A stretch of 32,000 bases of DNA, from positions 630,001-662,000 of the forward strand of contig NC_009776.1 of assembly GCF_000017945.1 (NCBI RefSeq), in the 5' to 3' direction. The position numbers and the translations under genes were made by a program. Position 1 is the first letter of the stretch, and every line of letters begins with the position of its first letter. The notes beneath the pieces were generated by a model that did not search any database, was not told where the DNA came from, and saw only the letters and a list, made by a program, of their open reading frames with translations. This DNA comes from Ignicoccus hospitalis KIN4/I (GTDB lineage: Archaea; Thermoproteota; Thermoprotei_A; Sulfolobales; Ignicoccaceae). Shown in pieces: positions 9,029-16,761 of this stretch.

Positions 9029-9055
9029 TCCACTCTCCCCCGGAGGCTCAACCCT

Positions 9056-9331
9056 TTGGGGGGCAAGCTCGTCAGAGACAAAATCCCGACGGTAGCCCCC
9101 GGGGCTTACGTTAAGTGTGACGGCAGCGAAAGGCTCGAATGGTTGAAGAAAAAGTTAGTAGAGGAAGCGTTGGAATTCTTAATAGAACCCTCGGTAGAAG
9201 AGCTGGCGGACGTATTGGAAGTCGTCAAAGCGTTGATCGACGTTTTTGGGGACGAAGTCTACAAGGTGGCGGAGTCCAAAAGAAAGGAGCTAGGCGGCTT
9301 CGAGGAGTGTTGGATACGCGTTACGCCTTAA
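9056..9331 (+). CDS. MazG/PRA-PH-like nucleotide pyrophosphohydrolase
   Basis: LVRDKIP...LKKKLVEEALEFLIEPSVEELADVLEVVKALIDVFG shows the EExxE...ExxD metal-binding pattern. Confidence 0.78.
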   Translation: MGGKLVRDKIPTVAPGAYVKCDGSERLEWLKKKLVEEALEFLIEPSVEELADVLEVVKALIDVFGDEVYKVAESKRKELGGFEECWIRVTP

Positions 9332-9368
9332 TTCCTCGTGGACCCAACGCCTCGCGGGGCGCGTAAGA

Positions 9369-9809
9369 TTGGTACAATACGACGTGGACCCCCTCTCTTT
9401 GGGCGTACTCTTAGGAATATATAACGGTGCCAAGACTCCGGAGGAAATAGCGCGCCTTTTGAACGTCGACAAGGACAGCGTGGAGGAGGCCATCAGGGAA
9501 CTGGTCGAGAGGGGCCTCGTAAAGGTAGAGGAAAAGAAAATACTGTTCTTTAAAAACAAAGAGTTGAAACTCACCAGAGAAGGGTACAACACCCTCATGG
9601 CCGCCTTGGAAAGGGTAAAGCCGCAGCTTCAAAAGGCAAGGGAACTGATAGTTCAAGGGAGGGAGGAAGAGGCGTTTGCTCTGCTGGACGCCGCCGGTCT
9701 GGGGTTGTTTGCCTCACTGTTGTTGCCGCTGATGCTGGGAGGTATCTTGGCGTTGCCTTTCCTAGATCATGAGCATCATTCTCATATACACCCCGGCGAG
9801 CCCTTTTGA
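9369..9809 (+). CDS. Winged-helix domain protein with C-terminal membrane segment and His-rich tail
   Basis: KTPEEIARLLNVDKDSVEEAIRELVERGLVKVEEKKILFFKNKELKLTREGYNTL, then LGLFASLLLPLMLGGILALPFL, then DHEHHSHIHP. Confidence 0.7.
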   Translation: MVQYDVDPLSLGVLLGIYNGAKTPEEIARLLNVDKDSVEEAIRELVERGLVKVEEKKILFFKNKELKLTREGYNTLMAALERVKPQLQKARELIVQGREEEAFALLDAAGLGLFASLLLPLMLGGILALPFLDHEHHSHIHPGEPF

Positions 9810-10484
9810 TTGGGAAGAGTAGTGAACGACATAACGTCGCTGGTACTGACGTTGTTGATGTTGCTGGTGACATATACTTACGTCTCAACGATTTCTCCTT
9901 ACTACATCAACAAGACTCTAGACTTCGACTTGAGGAGGCTCTCAACGATCGAGGTGATAAAGTCCGAAAAGGAAGAGTTCTACCTCTTACACGTACAACC
10001 CTTCAACGGCACGGAGAGATGTAAGGTTTTAATTTACTTATCTCCTTTCGAATTTAAAACTTTCAAAAGGAACTTGAACCTCTTGTTTAGGTCGTTAGCC
10101 TCCAGCTCGATCGGGGTGTACGCGGTGGTCCAGAAGGGACCGAGGTGGCCGGAACCCCCCGCTTTAGAGGGTTACGGAGCTGCCTATTGTTGGGGTCCCT
10201 CGTGTCCCCACCCTGACGGTACTAATACGACCATACTCATGGATAACGCGGAAGGGAGCTATCAATTCCTTCTCAACGTGACCTCCCCTTACGGGCCCTT
10301 AAGCGTGCTGTTCGCTAACTACCTACTCAAGGTAGGCACCCTCCACTACGCCCCTCTGAAGAAAGGGATCTGGGTAGGCGACGTAATGATTTCTCCGGAC
10401 TCCTCGTTGGTGCCGCTCTACGCTTACGACCCACAGCGCGCTTTTGAGCTCCTCTACGCCCTTTGTGAAGGAGGCTTAAAGTGA
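9810..10484 (+). CDS. Hypothetical membrane-anchored protein (224 aa)
   Basis: N-terminal hydrophobic segment ITSLVLTLLMLLVTYTYVS followed by a putative extracytoplasmic domain; abuts the previous ORF. Confidence 0.6.
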   Translation: MGRVVNDITSLVLTLLMLLVTYTYVSTISPYYINKTLDFDLRRLSTIEVIKSEKEEFYLLHVQPFNGTERCKVLIYLSPFEFKTFKRNLNLLFRSLASSSIGVYAVVQKGPRWPEPPALEGYGAAYCWGPSCPHPDGTNTTILMDNAEGSYQFLLNVTSPYGPLSVLFANYLLKVGTLHYAPLKKGIWVGDVMISPDSSLVPLYAYDPQRAFELLYALCEGGLK

Positions 10485-12508
10485 GAGCTAAGGGCTCGCC
10501 GACCTTCGCCGCCCTAGCGGCCCTCGCTATAATAGCCTTCGCGATTTCCGGCAACGCTTGGGACACGTTCGTTTTCATAAAGAGCGCCATCTTGGTGTGT
10601 GAGGGTCAAGACGCTTATTCGTACTCAGAGTGGGTGGGGGCCCGCCTCCCGGGAATAGGTCCCATGTGGATAGCCTATCCCCCTTTACCCATCTTGCTAT
10701 GGCTTCCCCCGGTCTGCGCTTTACGAGCGCTGAACGTACCCTTGTCGTTGCCCTACTTGTGGGCGATTAAGCTACCCAGCGTCTTGGCATTAATAACATC
10801 AGCCCTCGTGGCGGAAAAGGTTCGAAGAGGATCTTGGAAGTACGTAATCTTCAACCCGGTCTCCTTGAGCGCCGTATTTCTGCACGGAATGTTCGACAGC
10901 ATTACAGCCCTCTTCGTATTGCTGAGTATATTACTCGTAATTAGTAACAAGACGGTCGTTGGCGGGTTGAGCTACGGTCTGGCGTTGACGTCCAAACAAC
11001 ACTCCTTGATCTTGCTCCCGAGCCTCGCCTTCTCCTTCTTAAAAAAGAAGGACGTCGTCAGCCTAGGGAAGTTCGTCATCGGCGCGTTCGTGTCCTTCGC
11101 TTCCGTGATCTTACTGTACGGCTTCTTGACGGGCGAGGGAACGTCCTCGCTGAGGGATTTGATCGCAGTTACCGTGTTCCACGCGAACAGGCCCCCCAAC
11201 GCGCTGGGGTTCGGCGGATTTCCGGAGGTATCTCTCTATACAGACGTACTCGGGGGGTACTCCGGGAACCTCGCGAACGCGGTCTTGATGCACGGCAGCG
11301 CCGTAACGCTTCACAGCGTGATAACTCCCGTATCGGCGCTCTACGTCCCAATGCTGCTCGCGGTCTCCTACCTCTTCGAGCTCCCTACGGCTGCGTTCCT
11401 AGCTTACGTAACTTACATACAGCTCACGTACGTGGGGGCGCTGCAGCACTTAGTGGTACCCGCAACGCTGCTTCCAATAGTTTTAAACGACAAGAAGTTC
11501 GTCAAATATTTCACACTCTCGTTCTTACTGTACTCGTTGGCTCACGTCATAGCGTTCTGGGACATATTTCCGATGATCTTCTCGCCATTATTCTTGGCGT
11601 CGTTTGACCTCTGGCTCTCTAAGCTGTCTAGAATAAGCGACGTGGTCCTCCCGGGCTGGGACATGGCCTTCAAGCTGTCGGGTTCGCTATTAACGGTCGC
11701 CGGCCTACTGGTACTGCTGTACGCCACCTTTAGGTTGTTGGAGCTCAAAAGGAGGGCCTTGGGCGTCGCTTTCATTGCGACATACTTAATTGAAATGACT
11801 ATCCTCATCTTGATGTTGAAGTGGTACGCGTCCAGCTCGGAGCTCCCCGCGGCAAAGCTGGGAGAAAGGCTCTGCGCCGTGTACCCTTGGGAAAACGTAG
11901 AGTTCCCTGGCGAGCGACTCGGTGACTACTTGTTTACTAAGTCGGTCCCGCCTAAGGAGGGTTACTTCTCCCTAGTCAAGCCCATAACGGACGAGGTGGC
12001 GGAAAGCGCCGCGAAGGGCGGCTTCAGAGTGCTCGTAATCGCCAGGTTGGACTCCTTAAGGAGTTACGAGGTCAGCGACCTGTTGGCGTCCTTAACGCTC
12101 GGGGGCGTTGAGTGGGCTTGGGGGGTAGTGGTGTCGGACGAAGACAAATATTACATAGACGGAGTCGCAAGCGCGCCTTTGAAGGACGTAGGGAGGTTGG
12201 CAGAGATCATAAGGAGGAACGTGCCCTTGAAGGGGTATTTCGAACTCGGGGGCATCTTGGGCTTCCTCAACCAAACAATAATGAAGATTGAAGTCCATGA
12301 GTACGAGTACCCTACGGTCGACGGGAAACCCATAGTATACGTTATTCCAGAAGACGCGTCCCCCTCCTCCATAAAAGAGGTGGTTAGGGAGCTGTCCGAA
12401 AAGGGACTCGCCCCAGTGGTAGTAACGAACGTTGAGTTCGCTAACGTTAAGAGCGATAAGCGCTGTATGGTTAATCTGTTCAGAGTCTCGGAGCTATCCA
12501 CATCCTGA
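10481..12508 (+). CDS. Polytopic membrane protein, GT-C glycosyltransferase-like (tentative), with C-terminal soluble domain
   Basis: 675 aa, many hydrophobic segments, FNPVSLSAVFLHGMFDSITALFVLLSI resembling GT-C mannosyltransferase-like proteins; overlaps the previous ORF by 4 bp. Confidence 0.65.
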   Translation: MRAKGSPTFAALAALAIIAFAISGNAWDTFVFIKSAILVCEGQDAYSYSEWVGARLPGIGPMWIAYPPLPILLWLPPVCALRALNVPLSLPYLWAIKLPSVLALITSALVAEKVRRGSWKYVIFNPVSLSAVFLHGMFDSITALFVLLSILLVISNKTVVGGLSYGLALTSKQHSLILLPSLAFSFLKKKDVVSLGKFVIGAFVSFASVILLYGFLTGEGTSSLRDLIAVTVFHANRPPNALGFGGFPEVSLYTDVLGGYSGNLANAVLMHGSAVTLHSVITPVSALYVPMLLAVSYLFELPTAAFLAYVTYIQLTYVGALQHLVVPATLLPIVLNDKKFVKYFTLSFLLYSLAHVIAFWDIFPMIFSPLFLASFDLWLSKLSRISDVVLPGWDMAFKLSGSLLTVAGLLVLLYATFRLLELKRRALGVAFIATYLIEMTILILMLKWYASSSELPAAKLGERLCAVYPWENVEFPGERLGDYLFTKSVPPKEGYFSLVKPITDEVAESAAKGGFRVLVIARLDSLRSYEVSDLLASLTLGGVEWAWGVVVSDEDKYYIDGVASAPLKDVGRLAEIIRRNVPLKGYFELGGILGFLNQTIMKIEVHEYEYPTVDGKPIVYVIPEDASPSSIKEVVRELSEKGLAPVVVTNVEFANVKSDKRCMVNLFRVSELSTS

Positions 12509-13250
12509 GCTCGGAGCCCGCTTCCATACTCATCTCCAACTTCATAGGCATATCTGTTGCAAACTCTAACGTTAATTCCTTGGCAGCTTGGTAGGCCCTC
12601 GTAGCGTCGTAGAGGTGCTGGACGGAGTACTTTGCCTTGGCCTCCTTCTCTACTACCAAACTAACTAACGGATTGAAGAGCTTCAGCTCGGCCTCGTAGC
12701 TCTTGTTGGCCTCGAATGAAACGAATGTCAGAGTCTCGTTGTCTGGGGTAGAAACCTCTACCTCGTCAGAAACTATCTTCGCGTCGGCCACAACATGACG
12801 GAGGTCAGCGGGGTCCATCTTCGCCGTAACGGTTAATTGAACTTGAGGTTCGTCTAGGTGTTCCTCCTCCGGGACCTCGAAAGCTTGGATCTTGAACTCC
12901 CTTTCCACGCTAGTCTTCCTGTTCAAGAACTTAACGTGTAGGTAGGGGCTTCCTTTGTAGTACTCTAGTATCACAGCGTCGTCCTTCGTCCCCCTCTTTA
13001 CCACCTTGTTCAACTCGTCGCTATCTATCTTGACCACCACGTTTTCTTCATTGACTTGGTACTCCTCGAAAGACGTAGAAGGCATGGTGAATATTACCAT
13101 AGTGTTTTTATCGCTACTCATACTCTTTATGTCTATACCCTCTTGAGTCACGTAGAGGGGCATTGCCTCGAAGAGTTTGGTGAGGGGCTGGAATATCTTC
13201 TTGAATTTGCTGGCTTGGGGGAACATGAGCCTAAAGGTCGGTTCGTCCAT
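12480..13250 (-). CDS. pcn: DNA polymerase sliding clamp (PCNA)
   Basis: MDEPTFRLMFPQASKFKKIFQPLTKLFEAMPLYVTQEGIDIKSMSSDKNTMVIFTMPSTSFEEY...LRHVVADAKIVSDEVEV. Start set at the ATG at 13250 because the upstream part of the 347-aa ORF lacks clamp similarity. Confidence 0.92.
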   Translation of the reverse strand: MDEPTFRLMFPQASKFKKIFQPLTKLFEAMPLYVTQEGIDIKSMSSDKNTMVIFTMPSTSFEEYQVNEENVVVKIDSDELNKVVKRGTKDDAVILEYYKGSPYLHVKFLNRKTSVEREFKIQAFEVPEEEHLDEPQVQLTVTAKMDPADLRHVVADAKIVSDEVEVSTPDNETLTFVSFEANKSYEAELKLFNPLVSLVVEKEAKAKYSVQHLYDATRAYQAAKELTLEFATDMPMKLEMSMEAGSELRMWIAPRL

Positions 13251-13313
13251 GGAGTTCCTCCGCCGACGTTTGCTATTTAACTTTCTTGAGGTTAACGGGG
13301 GCGGGAGTAAGGC

Positions 13314-13700
13314 GTGAAGACGATAAAGGTCGTGGTAGACGGCGGCAAGTATAAGTGGGTAGAGCTTCCGCGGGAGGAGGCGCTGAAGCTCCTCGAAATA
13401 ATTGAGGGGAAGCTGGGCAAGAGCCCGAGGGACCTCCAGGAGACCATGAGGTACCTCCGCCACTTCGAGGAGTTTTACCGAGACATGCAGAAGAGGTTCA
13501 AGGACTTCATAGCGCCCCCTCACAGCTTAGACGACATGATAAGGGGAATTGTTGTCGTCGATAAGATAGCGTTAAAGAAGGAAGGCAACGAAGAGATTGC
13601 TACAATAGTTTTCGACCGCAGAATTTCTGTGGACTTGCTAAAGGAGGCATTGAAGGAGCTGGGGTACGAGGTAGAAGTGGAGGTAGAGAAGCCGTGGTAG
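13314..13700 (+). CDS. Hypothetical protein (128 aa)
   Basis: Charged, well-composed ORF starting with GTG, divergent from PCNA. Confidence 0.6.
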   Translation: MKTIKVVVDGGKYKWVELPREEALKLLEIIEGKLGKSPRDLQETMRYLRHFEEFYRDMQKRFKDFIAPPHSLDDMIRGIVVVDKIALKKEGNEEIATIVFDRRISVDLLKEALKELGYEVEVEVEKPW

Positions 13701-13912
13701 AGGCTACCAGGGCGTTCGTCCAGTGTTGGAGGGGGAGCTGCGACGAGGTGGTCTCTAAGCTTAGAGAGAGGTTCCCCGTGAAGGCCGTTCAGAAGTCGAA
13801 GGTCGTGCCGAACTTCGTAATGATAGAGTTCGAAGGTCTAGTGGAGGGGGTTGAAGAGTCCTTAAGGGATTTGGGCATTGAGGACTTCAAGGTCATGCGC
13901 GTAAGGGTCTGA
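13694..13912 (+). CDS. Small hypothetical protein (72 aa)
   Basis: Overlaps the previous ORF by 7 bp; MVEATRAFVQCWRGSCDEVVSKLRERFPVKAVQKSKVVPNFVMIEFEGLVEGVEESLRDLGIEDFKVMRVRV has good protein composition. Overlaps the 3' end of the minus-strand ATPase. Confidence 0.5.
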   Translation: MVEATRAFVQCWRGSCDEVVSKLRERFPVKAVQKSKVVPNFVMIEFEGLVEGVEESLRDLGIEDFKVMRVRV

Positions 13913-15177
13913 AAGGGGTCCACTTTAACCCTTACCACTTCTCCGTCGGGCGTCATAATTAGCGCTTCGCCCACTTCCAGCTTCCTCAATTCGAGTAAGT
14001 CTATCTGCAACCCCAGCTCCTTTAATTCTTGCACTTCTAAGTACTTCATGAAAATCTTTGTATGGGCGTTGTTCAAGACACCGCTACCAAAGTCTTTCAA
14101 GGACTGTGTAGCTAGAATTACTCCGACGCCCCTACTCCTCCCCTCCCTCATCATGCTCTCTAAGGTCTCCTCCTCCAACAACCAAGCCTCGTCAATTATT
14201 ACCAACCTCTTCAAACTGTCGCTCAGTTCCTCTTTCAGTATGCTCGACAATATGTCGCTTGCGAAGGCCTCAGTGACTTTCCTCCGCCTCCTCATTTCCT
14301 CCTCCGCGAAGGGCCCGTAAACCTTGTACCCCTCACCGCACATATTTATTAAATCTCCTTTGGGGTCCATGATAGTTATGTTTTCTATACCAACCAGCTT
14401 GGCTCGGGCCGCCAAGGTGCACAGAAGGGTGCTCTTCCCGCTCCCGGTGGAGCCGAGCACTAAGACGTGACGGAGCAAGTCCTCAGCGTCCATCAGGAAG
14501 GCTTCGCCGTCCTCCCGGATGCCTAAATATATAAGAGCCTTCTCGTTATACGTCTTCGCCTTGGGCTGCACCACGTAGAAAGACTTAGAATTCGCTATTA
14601 TCTTCTTACCGTCCTCACCTTTGATAACCCTCAAGAGCTCCGGGCCGCTCAGCCGCCTCACTTCCACGTTGAGTATGCCCTCAACCACACCTTTGAGATA
14701 TTCTATGTCCTTCTCTAATTTTTCCTTAGAATTTGCGCGTATTATGTAATACGTGTTTACCGACGTGGGAGGGTATTTGGACACGGCTTCCAACAAACTT
14801 TCAAAGTACTTTAACTTCTCTTCAGCCTTCACGTTGCTGTTATCCTTACTCAATATTATTCTCAAAGTACTAATTTCGTTCTCTATTTTCTTTAATAACT
14901 TCTTAGAATCCTCGGAACTCCTAATTACTCTTACCTCAAGCTCCGAGCCCTTACAACACTTGGAGAGCGACCTGGCGTAGTCGTAGATCCTCCGGACGTC
15001 GTAGGAGTGCAACGGGTCCACCTTCTCTACCTTGAGGGCGCCTACGTAAGATTCGGAAGGGCCCTCCTCTATAATTAGAACGTCCTTGCCCACGCGATAA
15101 CGTCGCTTCTTCTTAGAGTTCAACTTATTGCACATAATAATTGAAGACAATATTGCAAGCGCTAGCTCCAAGAACAC
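13789..15177 (-). CDS. HerA/VirB4-like ATPase, candidate CedB-type DNA translocation ATPase
   Basis: Walker A HVLVLGSTGSGKSTLLCTLA, NITIMDPKGDL, Walker B SLKRLVIIDEAWLL, VGVILATQSLKDFG; GTG start with a short hydrophobic N-terminus FLELALAILSSIIM; abuts a polytopic membrane gene. Confidence 0.82.
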   Translation of the reverse strand: MFLELALAILSSIIMCNKLNSKKKRRYRVGKDVLIIEEGPSESYVGALKVEKVDPLHSYDVRRIYDYARSLSKCCKGSELEVRVIRSSEDSKKLLKKIENEISTLRIILSKDNSNVKAEEKLKYFESLLEAVSKYPPTSVNTYYIIRANSKEKLEKDIEYLKGVVEGILNVEVRRLSGPELLRVIKGEDGKKIIANSKSFYVVQPKAKTYNEKALIYLGIREDGEAFLMDAEDLLRHVLVLGSTGSGKSTLLCTLAARAKLVGIENITIMDPKGDLINMCGEGYKVYGPFAEEEMRRRRKVTEAFASDILSSILKEELSDSLKRLVIIDEAWLLEEETLESMMREGRSRGVGVILATQSLKDFGSGVLNNAHTKIFMKYLEVQELKELGLQIDLLELRKLEVGEALIMTPDGEVVRVKVDPFQTLTRMTLKSSMPKSLKDSSTPSTRPSNSIITKFGTTFDF

Positions 15178-15181
15178 GCTG

Positions 15182-16708
15182 TCACCACATCCTTACTACG
15201 AGGCTCTTCGACCCCTCAGAGATCAACGACGCTATCGCCCTAGCCACCAACCCAGTCAACACGATATGGATCGCGGGGAGGGCCGAAACTATGAATGGGA
15301 CGACGAGGAGGTACTGCTGGGAGGCGTGGTGTCGAACGTAGCTTATAGTGTTCTTCATCCTTATTCCCATCAAGCTGGCTAAGTAACCTAAGACGTGCGG
15401 CTTGGGGGGCGTGAAGGTGCCCACGGTGCCGTAAACGACTATCTCCACGCGCTCACCGCTGCTCATTCGGAAACTTATTATGTAGCTGGGCATCCCCTCC
15501 CACGAATCCATGTTTATCCGGGAATTAGCCAAATTGTGGCTGCTGACGAAGCTAACGCGATCCTTCAAGACTCCGGTAGCTACTATGTGAACCTCGGTGT
15601 CGCGGAGCGCGGTTAATTTGAACTGGAGGTACAACGTTCCAGCTTGAGGGTCCACGGACGGCTTGAACTCCGCCAAGACGTCACCCACTACGGCCACGCC
15701 GGGCGAAAAGGCCCACACCTTGCCCATCTTAATCGTAACCTCGCCGAAAGACCCCTTGTCCATGGAACCGAACCTCACCCACCCGTAATTCACGACGAGC
15801 CCGTAAAGGTCGACCTTCACGAAGGCACGAGGCCACGGCGCCCCTCCTAAGGGGATACGGGTGTCGAACCTCCCCTCGCCGTCTAACGGGTAGAGGCCGA
15901 AGCGGCCGTTCCTATCCTCAAAGTAGATGAACGCGTGTACAACGGGCTCTCCGCGGGCGTCCTCGACCTTCCCGTAAGGGTAAGCCACGCCCGTCGAGGC
16001 GCGGACCGGCAAGTTCAATATCAGTTCCGTCACTACCTTTAAGGCCGGGTTGTAGCTCGCTATGAGTCTCAATAGCGAGACCACTAAAGGTACGAAAACG
16101 TACGTACTAATAGCGAACCCTATCAGAGCGGCCCCTACAGACTTCGTGAGCCGGAACGGTACCCCTAAGGCCAAAGTACCGAGAGCTAACATAACTGGCA
16201 TGACCAACTCGCCCACGACCGCCAAGATGTAAGTGAACGTCCACAAGTAAGCCCCAGCCTTGAAAACCATTATTAACAAGTCCAAGGTAAACGAAGACGC
16301 CCAGTTGCCCAAAGGGTCAAGGGCTGAGACCACCTCGTAGAAGACGTTTAACGCTTTACCCAAGGGCAGTCCGAACACGTTCAGCGAGAACACGCTAGAG
16401 AACATGATTTTTAACAATTTGAAGAACAAGTACAGCCTTGCTATCCCGTTGGCTATCTCATATATCTCGTGTACCAGCTCCTCCCTGGAAGTGGACGTCG
16501 TCGCCTCGATTACCCAGTCCGAAAAATATATTATAGAGCCATACGCAAGGCTCATCACCAAGACGAGTTGAGCGTCGCTTATCAAGATGGGGGCCCACCT
16601 CTTCACGCCCCTTATCGGCAAGGGAAGGGCGTACAGTAAGACTCCTAATGCGTAGCTCAAGCCCGATAGGGCTACTGAAAGCGTTAGCAGCGAAGTGATG
16701 ACGTCCAC
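15182..16708 (-). CDS. Polytopic membrane protein with embedded soluble domain, candidate CedA/VirB6-like DNA-import channel component
   Basis: 508 aa; multiple N-terminal hydrophobic helices, a beta-rich segment (GKVEDARGEPVVHAFIYFEDRNGRFGLYPLDGEGRFDTRIPLGG...), and a C-terminal hydrophobic segment; 4 bp from the VirB4-like ATPase gene. Confidence 0.6.
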   Translation of the reverse strand: MDVITSLLTLSVALSGLSYALGVLLYALPLPIRGVKRWAPILISDAQLVLVMSLAYGSIIYFSDWVIEATTSTSREELVHEIYEIANGIARLYLFFKLLKIMFSSVFSLNVFGLPLGKALNVFYEVVSALDPLGNWASSFTLDLLIMVFKAGAYLWTFTYILAVVGELVMPVMLALGTLALGVPFRLTKSVGAALIGFAISTYVFVPLVVSLLRLIASYNPALKVVTELILNLPVRASTGVAYPYGKVEDARGEPVVHAFIYFEDRNGRFGLYPLDGEGRFDTRIPLGGAPWPRAFVKVDLYGLVVNYGWVRFGSMDKGSFGEVTIKMGKVWAFSPGVAVVGDVLAEFKPSVDPQAGTLYLQFKLTALRDTEVHIVATGVLKDRVSFVSSHNLANSRINMDSWEGMPSYIISFRMSSGERVEIVVYGTVGTFTPPKPHVLGYLASLMGIRMKNTISYVRHHASQQYLLVVPFIVSALPAIHIVLTGLVARAIASLISEGSKSLVVRMW

Positions 16709-16761
16709 CGACGCCCCTAACGTTTAACCCTACAAGGGCCGGAGAGGGGGACGCCGTAACT

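Noticed and set aside
11542-11808. Small antisense ORFs under the GT-C-like gene and similar ORFs under liv genes
   Set aside because: Typical non-coding shadows of large genes, with no start signals or motifs supporting them.
13251-13523. N-terminal 91 residues of the 347-aa ORF containing PCNA, a possible PCNA fusion
   Set aside because: This part is Arg/Leu/Pro-rich, antisense to the plausible plus-strand gene at 13314-13700, and unlike any clamp sequence. PCNA starts naturally at the ATG at 13250.
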